A DNA stretch of 64,000 nt from an uncultured Candidatus Saccharibacteria bacterium (lineage in GTDB: Bacteria; Patescibacteriota; Doudnabacteria; UBA920): assembly GCA_964453405.1 (NCBI GenBank), contig CAYVOF010000001.1, forward strand, positions 1,531-65,530. The letters are read 5' to 3'. Both the position numbers and the translations under genes were made by a program. The notes below the pieces were generated by a model. The model searched no databases, had not been told where the DNA came from, and saw only the letters and a program-made list of their open reading frames with translations. Numbering within the stretch: the stretch's first letter is position 1; the number at the start of each line of letters is the position of its first letter. Positions 56,701 to 64,000 of this stretch are shown one piece after another.

Positions 56701-57243
56701 ATGACAGATAATTTTCAAACTGCAGTATTTGGCGGAGGATGTTTTTGGTGCACCGAAGCAATTTTCCAAAAATTGCGCGGCGTCAAATCGGTTCTGCCGG
56801 GGTATGCTGGTGGGGAGACTGAGAACCCAACTTATGAACAAGTCGCTGGGCGCAGCACAGGCCATGCCGAGGTTATTCAATTTGAATATGATCCAAGTTT
56901 AATTTCCTATCGAGATTTATTGGAAGTCTTTTTTGCCACACATGATCCAACGACTTTAAATCAGCAAGGTTACGATAAAGGCCCAGAATATCGTTCTACT
57001 ATTTTATATAATAGTGATGAGCAAAAGTTAGAGGCGGAGAAGATTATTGCCGAGCTTAATGAAGCGCATGCTAACGATAAGCCAATCGTCACAGAGATAA
57101 AGCAATTGAATAAGTTCTATCCAGCCGAGCCGGAGCATATTAATTTTTATCAGAACAATCCTAATTCACCGTATTGTCAGATAATAATTAATCCAAAGAT
57201 AAAAAAGTTCAAAGAAAAATTTGCGTCTTTAATTGAAGAATAA
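56701..57243 (+). CDS. msrA: Peptide methionine-S-sulfoxide reductase
   Basis: AVFGGGCFWCTEAIFQ active-site motif. Confidence 0.9.
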   Translation: MTDNFQTAVFGGGCFWCTEAIFQKLRGVKSVLPGYAGGETENPTYEQVAGRSTGHAEVIQFEYDPSLISYRDLLEVFFATHDPTTLNQQGYDKGPEYRSTILYNSDEQKLEAEKIIAELNEAHANDKPIVTEIKQLNKFYPAEPEHINFYQNNPNSPYCQIIINPKIKKFKEKFASLIEE

Positions 57244-57246
57244 TAT

Positions 57247-57669
57247 ATGGACAAAATTATAAAAACCGAAGAAGATTGGAAAAAAGATCTTACCCCTGAG
57301 CAGTATAAAATTTTACGGGAAAGCGGAACCGAAGCTCCATTTACTGGTCAGTATTTGGATAACCATGAAGATGGAGTATACAAGTGTGCGGCTTGTGGGC
57401 AACAATTGTTTGGCTCGGATGCAAAGTTTGATTCTGGAACCGGTTGGCCAAGTTTTACAGACCCTATGAATTTGGAGCATGTGGAGCTACGAGATGATTA
57501 CAGTTACATGAATATCCATCAGACCGAAGTGGTGTGTAAGCGTTGTGGTTCGCATTTAGGTCATGTTTATGATGATGGGCCGCGTGATAAAGGCGGTAAG
57601 CGTTATTGTATTAATTCTTGCGCCTTAAATTTTGAACAATTTAACAACAAGGGCGCTAAAGATGAGTAG
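57247..57669 (+). CDS. msrB: Peptide methionine-R-sulfoxide reductase
   Basis: Two CxxC zinc knuckles (CAACGQ, CKRCGSHLGHVYDDGP) and the RYCINS catalytic Cys. Confidence 0.9.
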   Translation: MDKIIKTEEDWKKDLTPEQYKILRESGTEAPFTGQYLDNHEDGVYKCAACGQQLFGSDAKFDSGTGWPSFTDPMNLEHVELRDDYSYMNIHQTEVVCKRCGSHLGHVYDDGPRDKGGKRYCINSCALNFEQFNNKGAKDE

Positions 57670-58387
57670 TTTAGTGGAAATCAAAAAAATTATTAAAGCT
57701 AGTGGAACCAAGCAACGAGCAGAGGCTTCGATGTGGTATTTTAAAACTGGCAAAGGTCAATATGGATATGGCGATAAATTTATTGGTATTACTGTTCCCG
57801 AACAAAGAAAAATTGCCAAACAGTTTTTTAAAAGTATAACTTTGACTGAGGTCAGTAAACTTTTAAGTTCAAAAATTCACGAAGACAGATTTATAGCTTT
57901 AGAGATTTTAGTGATGAAGTACGAAGTTGGTACTTTGGCACAGCAAAAACAAATTGTTAACTTATATTTACGACAAACAAAGTACGTGAATAATTGGGAT
58001 TTGGTAGATACTTCTGCTTCGTATATTTTAGGCAGCTTTCTTTTTAATCATACTTCTACTACCAAGGCACGGTCTACACTTGTCCAATTAGCAAAGTCTA
58101 AGAATCTATGGGAAAAACGAATTAGTATAATTGCTACTATGTACTTTATTAATCAAAAACAGTATGACCTTACTATTGTTGTTGCGAAAATTTTATTGAC
58201 CGACTCGCATGACTTAATCCATAAGGCTGTGGGTTGGATGTTGCGAGAAGTTGGTAATAAGGATAGAACAGTTGAAATAAAATTTTTAGACCGATTTGCT
58301 GTAAAAATGCCTCGAACCATGTTACGATACGCTATCGAAAAATTTCCAGAAAAAACACGTCAATACTATCTAAAATTGGGAAAATAA
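57662..58387 (+). CDS. DNA alkylation repair protein (AlkC/AlkD-like HEAT-repeat glycosylase family)
   Basis: Motifs NNWDLVD and GWMLRE plus an all-helical repeat composition. The start at 57662 overlaps the msrB stop. The ORF-track start at 57632 is an in-frame extension. Confidence 0.5.
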   Translation: MSSLVEIKKIIKASGTKQRAEASMWYFKTGKGQYGYGDKFIGITVPEQRKIAKQFFKSITLTEVSKLLSSKIHEDRFIALEILVMKYEVGTLAQQKQIVNLYLRQTKYVNNWDLVDTSASYILGSFLFNHTSTTKARSTLVQLAKSKNLWEKRISIIATMYFINQKQYDLTIVVAKILLTDSHDLIHKAVGWMLREVGNKDRTVEIKFLDRFAVKMPRTMLRYAIEKFPEKTRQYYLKLGK

Positions 58388-58411
58388 AAGAGCCTCGGAT
58401 TTATTCGAGGC
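58381..58411 (-). terminator. Terminator for the 58401-58724 minus-strand gene
   Basis: GCCTCG-gatttatt-CGAGGC hairpin. A U-tract follows only on the minus strand. Confidence 0.4.
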
Positions 58412-58724
58412 TGCAAGGTTTGTCTGGTGCTAAGACACTAATTTCTTCGAGATGTTCAGCAAATTTTCTACATTGACATAAAAATTCTCGTTTACAGATT
58501 AAAAACTTCCCCTTGCTATATATAGTTCGTTCATTCTCTGGCAGCAGATTTTCTGAAGCAATGACCAAGTCATCCCAGCAACAATGATTATCTTTGGCGT
58601 GAAATGTTTGCATTGCTGTGCGTGCATCTGCTCTGTGTTCCATTAATTTTTGACGCAGACTTTTTGAGTCTAATTCCAATATATCTTTATCTATGGGTAG
58701 TTTTTGTCTTTTTTGATCGTTCAT
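58401..58724 (-). CDS. Hypothetical Cys-rich protein (107 aa)
   Basis: ORF containing CCWDD and CKREFLCQC. Confidence 0.35.
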   Translation of the reverse strand: MNDQKRQKLPIDKDILELDSKSLRQKLMEHRADARTAMQTFHAKDNHCCWDDLVIASENLLPENERTIYSKGKFLICKREFLCQCRKFAEHLEEISVLAPDKPCSLE

Positions 58725-58800
58725 ATACCCTCCTTATTAACGTATCGTACTCCAGTCCTATGATATAATCAATAGGTTATTATTAAATTATTTTTCTCAT

Positions 58801-59151
58801 ATGAATGACCTACAAACTGTGTTTGCTCGAATCAAAGAAACCAAGCGCAAGCAAAAAGAGATCCGCAGAATATATAAAGATGCTTTGGAGCAAAATCGGG
58901 GATACCAAGAAGTACTTGAAAAGCTTGATGCATTAAAAGCAGCTAAAAAATCTATTGAAGATGACATTAAGTCCGAACTAGAAAGCGATTTTCAAAAACT
59001 TGATGCATACAAAATGCACATCGTTAACGATACAGAATTAATGGCAGATTTAGCTATTAATCAATTGATGTCTGGCGAAACTGTAGAAATTGTTGATGAG
59101 AACGATCAAAAATATGAACCAATCTTTACCGTCCGATTCAAAAAAGTCTAA
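58801..59151 (+). CDS. Hypothetical coiled-coil protein (116 aa)
   Basis: Charged heptad-like sequence IKETKRKQKEIRRIYKDALEQNRGYQEVLEKLDALKAAKKSIEDD. Confidence 0.35.
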   Translation: MNDLQTVFARIKETKRKQKEIRRIYKDALEQNRGYQEVLEKLDALKAAKKSIEDDIKSELESDFQKLDAYKMHIVNDTELMADLAINQLMSGETVEIVDENDQKYEPIFTVRFKKV

Positions 59152-59185
59152 ATTTATTCCGCTAAATATTTTTCGGTTGCAAGTG

Positions 59186-59494
59186 ATGCAAATGGTGCAT
59201 GACTTTTGTACAGAGATTAGTTCCAGCGCGGCGCATCCTGTTGTGTGCAGTAAGCTCAAGTTTCGGTCTATGACCAGTCGATGGGGGACTTGTTCTACCA
59301 AAGGCGTGATCACCATCAATATTAAATTAAAAAATTTACCTCAAGAGGTAATTGAGTTTGTGGTGTTTCATGAATGCTTACATTTACTCCATCATAACCA
59401 CGGCATAAATTTTAGAAAACGGTTACATAAAAAATTTCCCAACAAAAAAGAGCTTGAGCATCAGCTCAAACTCTGTGGTTTGTCGGAGTTGTGA
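59186..59494 (+). CDS. YgjP/DUF45 (WLM-like) zinc metallohydrolase C-terminal core, possibly truncated
   Basis: SRWGTCS...VIEFVVFHECLHLLHHNHGINF matches the DUF45 signature (RWGSC...HELCHL.H.NHS). The N-terminal half of typical family members is missing. Confidence 0.5.
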   Translation: MQMVHDFCTEISSSAAHPVVCSKLKFRSMTSRWGTCSTKGVITINIKLKNLPQEVIEFVVFHECLHLLHHNHGINFRKRLHKKFPNKKELEHQLKLCGLSEL

Positions 59495-60043
59495 TTATTT
59501 GGCGGTGAAGTTGGAATAAGTTTTGGGTCCCGCTACAACAGGGCCTTCAACAAAAAGATCCTTATTAATATCAAACTTTTTGTCGCCATCATCTAAATAG
59601 ATATGGGCAGTATATTCAGTAGTGGAATTAAGCTTTGTGGTAATCGGAATTTCTAAATCCTGCTTTGCACCAGCAGAAAGAATTTTACTTGAACCGAGAA
59701 TAATATCATTACTGGTATCAGGGCCTGGTTGTAAAATTTTAATAACGATAAATCCAGGTTTGCTTAAGTTAACATTATCAACTGTTACGGTTTTACTTCC
59801 AGCAATCTGAGTGCTTACGACTACTACATTATCCCCTGATGGGGCATTAGTTGCTGGGCCTTTTGTATCATTGGGTGTGGTTCCGTTTGGGTTGGCCTGA
59901 TTCTCAATACCTGCCGAAAAATTATCTGTTGGGCTAGGGGCTGTTGCTTTGTGACCACTTACCAAGAACCAGATTATGGCTCCTAAGACTACCACAGCTA
60001 TTAAAGCTGGGATAATGTGTTTGTTGGAATATATTTGTTTCAT
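59495..60043 (-). CDS. Membrane-anchored secreted protein (182 aa) with a beta-rich domain, unknown function
   Basis: N-terminal TM helix, P/T/N-rich linker and a beta-strand-rich domain. Its stop abuts the DUF45 gene stop. Confidence 0.4.
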   Translation of the reverse strand: MKQIYSNKHIIPALIAVVVLGAIIWFLVSGHKATAPSPTDNFSAGIENQANPNGTTPNDTKGPATNAPSGDNVVVVSTQIAGSKTVTVDNVNLSKPGFIVIKILQPGPDTSNDIILGSSKILSAGAKQDLEIPITTKLNSTTEYTAHIYLDDGDKKFDINKDLFVEGPVVAGPKTYSNFTAK

Positions 60044-60101
60044 CTCTTTAAGTTAATAAACTTTCAACTAGATTATAGCACTTTTGACACTGATTTTGAA
60101 T

Positions 60102-60134
60102 AAAAAAACTCCTAAATCATTTTCGATTTAGGAG
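60102..60134 (-). terminator. Terminator for the 60117-60443 gene. The hairpin overlaps the last codons of that gene.
   Basis: CTCCTAAATC-attttc-GATTTAGGAG 10-bp stem. The plus-strand A-run at 60102-60108 gives a U-tract on the minus strand. Confidence 0.45.
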
Positions 60135-60443
60135 GCTCTCTAAGAGCTCAAAGCCTCGCGCTGGAGGCAAAATTCTTGGGTCGTCGCGTCGGATAGCATT
60201 GACCTGAGTATTGGGATTACTTTTACGTTCAGATCTAACCGGCGTGGGTTCAATCTTTACGTAAGCGCTTTCCTGACGATTGTTGTCGTTGTTATAACGA
60301 CTTTTAAACGCTACGTTCGCTTGGCCGCGATTGACTGCGCTGGTTTCCATGTATCCACCGCCAACAATGGCAGCAAATTTTTGTAGCACAGTATCTTCTT
60401 TAAAGCAGTACTTACGACCATCTTTACCAGTCGTTTTAGGCAT
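60117..60443 (-). CDS. Hypothetical basic protein (108 aa)
   Basis: ORF with RBS GGGGGTGG upstream. No family recognised. Confidence 0.35.
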   Translation of the reverse strand: MPKTTGKDGRKYCFKEDTVLQKFAAIVGGGYMETSAVNRGQANVAFKSRYNNDNNRQESAYVKIEPTPVRSERKSNPNTQVNAIRRDDPRILPPARGFELLESLLNRK

Positions 60444-60536
60444 AATTTAGCCACCCCCTATTGAATTTTCTAACCATTATATTATAGCATATATTCAATA
60501 TTTTGTAAAGTCTAAGTATGCTATAATGAATGGACT

Positions 60537-61628
60537 ATGATTATCGGAATCGAAGCCGAAAGAGCCAATAATAGGATCAAAACAGGTGTAGAACACTATG
60601 CAAAACAGCTAATTTTACATTTAGCTCAAATTGACTCAAAAAATCATTATATTTTATACCTCCGAACCAAGCCAGAAAACTGGTTTCTTAGTTTGCCTAA
60701 AAATTTTACAGTGAAGGTAATGCCGTTTCCAATTTTTTGGACGCAGCTGCGTATTAGTTGGGAAATGATTTGGCATCCGCCGGACGTGTTGTTTGTGCCT
60801 GCATCAACTTTGCCGCTTGTTCATCCAAATAGTGTTTACACTGAACATGATGTCGCGTGGATTCACTACCCAGAAATTTTTACTTTTTATATGCGCTGGT
60901 TTCATCGGATTTTTTCCTGGCTGGCTCGAACTTCCAGTACTAAGATAATTTCCATTTCCGAAAACACAAAAGATGATTTGATTAAGCATTATAATGTTGC
61001 ACCGGAAAAAATTGCGGTAGTGCCTCATGGATATCAGGAAACAGGTCAGGATTTTTCAAAGTTGTCTTTAAAAGTTTCCAATAAACTACCAGAGAAATAC
61101 ATCCTGTTTTTATCTACAATACAACCACGTAAAAATTTAATTGGTTTAATTGAAGCTTTTAGAGAGTTAAAAAATGAACACCCTGAACTTCCTCATAAAT
61201 TAGTTGTAGTTGGTAAGGCTGGTTGGAAGTATGAAGAAACCTTAGCTTGTATTGAAGCAAATCAGGACATTGTGACTTACTTAGGTCGTGTTGATGACGA
61301 GGATCGCTGGCCAATTTATAATGGCGCCGACCTATTTATTCACCCAAGTTTCTACGAAGGTTTTGGAATGTGGATTTTAGAAGCGTTTGAATGTGGTGTG
61401 CCTGTGGCAGTTTCTAATAACTCTAGTTTGCCAGAAGTTGGCGGTGATGCAGCTCTTTATTTTGATCCAGCAAACAAAGAACAAATTAAACAAACAATAT
61501 TAAAGGTGTTGCAAAATCCAGAACTCACAAAAGAAATGACTGCGCGCGGTCACAAGCAATTACAGAACTTTAGTTGGGAAAAATGTGCTCGTCAAACTTT
61601 GGCTATATTAGAAGAAGCTGGAAAATAA
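60537..61628 (+). CDS. GT-B glycosyltransferase (Glycos_transf_1 / CAZy GT4)
   Basis: C-terminal EGFGMWILEAFECGVPVAVSNNSSLPEV E-x7-E motif. Confidence 0.75.
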   Translation: MIIGIEAERANNRIKTGVEHYAKQLILHLAQIDSKNHYILYLRTKPENWFLSLPKNFTVKVMPFPIFWTQLRISWEMIWHPPDVLFVPASTLPLVHPNSVYTEHDVAWIHYPEIFTFYMRWFHRIFSWLARTSSTKIISISENTKDDLIKHYNVAPEKIAVVPHGYQETGQDFSKLSLKVSNKLPEKYILFLSTIQPRKNLIGLIEAFRELKNEHPELPHKLVVVGKAGWKYEETLACIEANQDIVTYLGRVDDEDRWPIYNGADLFIHPSFYEGFGMWILEAFECGVPVAVSNNSSLPEVGGDAALYFDPANKEQIKQTILKVLQNPELTKEMTARGHKQLQNFSWEKCARQTLAILEEAGK

Positions 61629-61632
61629 TTTT

Positions 61633-63249
61633 ATGTTCAAAATATTTACAGATAAAAATAAAATAATTATTGGTGCGGCAGTACTTTGGCAAATAATCTC
61701 CATCGGGCTAGTTGCTACTGGGGTATGGCCCCAACAAATTAGTTTATTCAATTTAGGTTTACTAGTCGTACTTTTTGTAATTTTGCCAGCAATTGATGCC
61801 TTAGGATTATTCTTGTTATCCTTGCCATTTATGGTGGTGCTCCCAAATTTTGCTGCTTTAACAGGCTTACCGATGTGGCGAATATTAGTAGCGTGGTTGT
61901 TTGTAGTGATTGCAACAAAATACTTGTTTGCCAGATATCAGCAGTCACGCTCAGGCTTTAAACTTTCTAATTTTATTAGTAAAGAAATTAAATATTTCTG
62001 GCAAGAAAAACTACAGAGTTGGGATAAGTGGCTGTTAGGTTTGCTTTTACTCGGTGGGCTGTCTTTATTTGCGGCGCGATTTCCTGTTCATGGGATTAAA
62101 CAGTTAATTTTTTTGATTAATGTATATTTGCTGTACTTAGCGTGTATATTGGTGGTTGACTCTCAGGCCATTTATAAAGCTTTACTTTATTACATAAAAC
62201 TATCACTGCTAATTACTGTGTTGTTAGGTTTTGTTCAATATATTTTAAGTTTATTTTTTTCACCGTTTTATTTTTGGCAATACTGGGCGTCATTGATTTC
62301 TAGTAGCTACTATGGACAAGCTCTAGGTGATGTTTTGGCGTACTCTAACTCGTGGTTTAGTGCCAACGGTGGTGGGCAAAGCTTGCGAATGTTTGGAATT
62401 TTACAGGACACTCATGCCTTTTCTGTAGTTGTCATATTTGCGTTAGCTTTTTGGTTGGTTCGCAAGCGTTCGTGGCAATTTTGGTTAGGACTGACTGGTT
62501 TGTGTTTTGCATTAATTGCCAGCGGAACCAGGGGAGCTTGGCTTGCCATGTTGGCGCCTGCTGTAATCACAGTATTCATCTGGTTACGATACAAGGCCAA
62601 GGCTTTGGCAATGTGGCCACTAGTCGCTCATGCTCTCGTTATAGTCTTGTTTATGTTGTCGCCGTTTATTTCTATTGGTTTAAATTGGGTGCGCACCATT
62701 AATTCGGACGACAATTTTTTGGACAGAGCCACAAGCATTTACGACTTGAATGAAAGTTCTAATGTTGGACGATTGGAAATTTGGAAGTCTAGTGTAGTCT
62801 ATGCTATACATCATCCGCTTGGCACTGGTTATGGTAATTTTATTTCTTCGATTAGTTCTTCTGCTAACTCTTCTGGGTCTGGCGACGCTGTTACATATGA
62901 ACAACTTTCACAGCAAAAGAACCTTCGTTTTAATTTGCCTCAAAAGTTTATTACTGCTCATAGTCTGTATTTGCATGTTTTAGTAGAGTTGGGTTTAATC
63001 GGACTGCTATTATTTGGCTTAATGTGGCTGAGTTTTTTTGCAAAAATTTGGCACTACCTAAAATCCGAACATTGGCAGGTCAATCAAAAATCTTTACTGC
63101 TATTTAATATTGGATTGGCATCGGTATGGTTATTGGCTTATGGCCTGTTTGATGTTACTATTTTAAATGAACGTGTCTTACTGTACTTGATGGCAATTAT
63201 TGCCATAGTGAACTTGGTTCTTAGAAACAAAGAATTAAACTCAAATTAA
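61633..63249 (+). CDS. O-antigen ligase / polymerase-like polytopic membrane protein (Wzy_C domain)
   Basis: More than 10 TM helices with a large external loop containing GTRGAWLAMLA. It follows the GT1 gene. Confidence 0.5.
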   Translation: MFKIFTDKNKIIIGAAVLWQIISIGLVATGVWPQQISLFNLGLLVVLFVILPAIDALGLFLLSLPFMVVLPNFAALTGLPMWRILVAWLFVVIATKYLFARYQQSRSGFKLSNFISKEIKYFWQEKLQSWDKWLLGLLLLGGLSLFAARFPVHGIKQLIFLINVYLLYLACILVVDSQAIYKALLYYIKLSLLITVLLGFVQYILSLFFSPFYFWQYWASLISSSYYGQALGDVLAYSNSWFSANGGGQSLRMFGILQDTHAFSVVVIFALAFWLVRKRSWQFWLGLTGLCFALIASGTRGAWLAMLAPAVITVFIWLRYKAKALAMWPLVAHALVIVLFMLSPFISIGLNWVRTINSDDNFLDRATSIYDLNESSNVGRLEIWKSSVVYAIHHPLGTGYGNFISSISSSANSSGSGDAVTYEQLSQQKNLRFNLPQKFITAHSLYLHVLVELGLIGLLLFGLMWLSFFAKIWHYLKSEHWQVNQKSLLLFNIGLASVWLLAYGLFDVTILNERVLLYLMAIIAIVNLVLRNKELNSN

Positions 63250-63250
63250 T

Positions 63251-64000
63251 ATGAATGAAGAAATTCAAACGCAACCTAATCAGAGGAAGCGGATTATAGT
63301 AGTCGTAATTATGTTGCTGGTTTTAGTCGGTGTTTTTCGAATCGGCTACAATGCCGGCCAATCTGGTTACACTTTTTCGGTAAATGAATTCAAAATTATC
63401 AATAAGTCTGATCCTCAAGCCGAGGTTGATTATGGTTTATTATGGGAGGCTTTGGATGTAGTGGGTAAGAAGTATATTGAAAAAGATCAGATCGATCAAA
63501 AGAAAGTTCTGTATGGAGCAATTAGTGGCGCAGTTGCAGCAGCTGGCGACGAATACACGCAATTTTTTGACCCAGAAGCTTTAGCTCAGTTTAAGACTGA
63601 ATTACAAGGTAAATTTAGCGGTATCGGTGCAGAAGTTGGCAAGCGCGATGGAAACATTGTAGTTATCTCACCTCTGGATGATAGTCCTGCACAACGCGCT
63701 GGGCTACTTCCTAATGACATAATTGTAAAAGTTGATGATAAATCAACTCAGGACGTAAGTGTGGATGAAGTAGTAAATCAAATCCGCGGTCCAGAAAACA
63801 CTCAGGTTAAATTAACTTTGTATCGCGAAGGGAAGACTGCAACTTTTGATGTTACTATCACACGTCAACAAATTGAGATTAAGAGTGTAAAAGTTACTTA
63901 TAAAGAATCGAATGGCAAGCAAATTGCGGTTTTAAAAATTTCTCGTTTTGGTGATGATACCCAAAGATTGTTTGATGCCGCCGTAAAGGATATAAGTAAT
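63251..64000 (+). CDS. Partial CDS (N-terminal about 250 aa). Carboxy-terminal processing protease (S41, CtpA/Prc) with PDZ domain.
   Basis: ATG at 63251 reads open to the window end. PDZ segment GIGAEVGKRDGNIVVISPLDDSPAQRAGLLPNDIIVKVDD. Confidence 0.7.
   Translation, partial: MNEEIQTQPNQRKRIIVVVIMLLVLVGVFRIGYNAGQSGYTFSVNEFKIINKSDPQAEVDYGLLWEALDVVGKKYIEKDQIDQKKVLYGAISGAVAAAGDEYTQFFDPEALAQFKTELQGKFSGIGAEVGKRDGNIVVISPLDDSPAQRAGLLPNDIIVKVDDKSTQDVSVDEVVNQIRGPENTQVKLTLYREGKTATFDVTITRQQIEIKSVKVTYKESNGKQIAVLKISRFGDDTQRLFDAAVKDISN

Noticed and set aside
1-64000. Scan for tRNA, rRNA, CRISPR arrays, transposase or integrase genes
   Set aside because: No cloverleaf-like sequences were found in any intergenic spacer. 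There are no repeat-spacer arrays and no ORFs with DDE, tyrosine or serine recombinase hallmarks. No feature of these types could be supported.

Overview
The window is a compact, low-GC bacterial chromosome segment, roughly 35-40% GC by eye. It has very short intergenic spacers and many overlapping start and stop codons. TGA is used as a stop codon throughout.

The backbone is housekeeping: gatC-gatA-gatB, miaA, holB, frr, rseP, proS, mreB-mreC-mreD-PBP2-folD, greA, lysS, rdgB, serS, murF-ddl-ftsQ, rplU and msrA-msrB. This gene content points to a monoderm lineage, possibly a Patescibacteria/CPR-like organism. That placement is inference only; no search was run.

About half of the window (27.0-34.0 kb, 36.8-53.4 kb and 60.5-63.3 kb) is a mosaic cell-surface glycoconjugate region. 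It holds two adjacent GT-C (PMT/ArnT-like) transferases, several GT2 and GT1 enzymes, a WecA/MraY-family initiating transferase and a fused dTDP-glucose 4,6-dehydratase / dTDP-4-dehydrorhamnose reductase. It also holds an FdtA/WxcM-like ketoisomerase cupin, a Wzx flippase, a cytidylyltransferase and an O-antigen-ligase-like protein.

Secreted-protein genes are interleaved with this region. These are a sortase-like protein, an S8 subtilase next to a large protein that shares its ~65-aa repeat module, an ECF sigma/anti-sigma pair, and a GC-richer two-gene secreted cassette of unknown function at 44.4-46.2 kb.

Several things are not explained by the housekeeping calls:
- two long nested-palindrome structured elements in intergenic regions (mreB/mreC, and upstream of the secreted cassette);
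- orphan small genes inserted into otherwise syntenic operons;
- sigma70-type promoters with extended -10 (TGn) motifs, two of which sit so close to the start codon that leaderless translation is implied;
- a three-gene membrane/zinc-ribbon mini-operon.

No rRNA, tRNA, CRISPR array or recognisable transposase was seen. All functional calls rest on remembered family motifs read from the translations, not on database searches.
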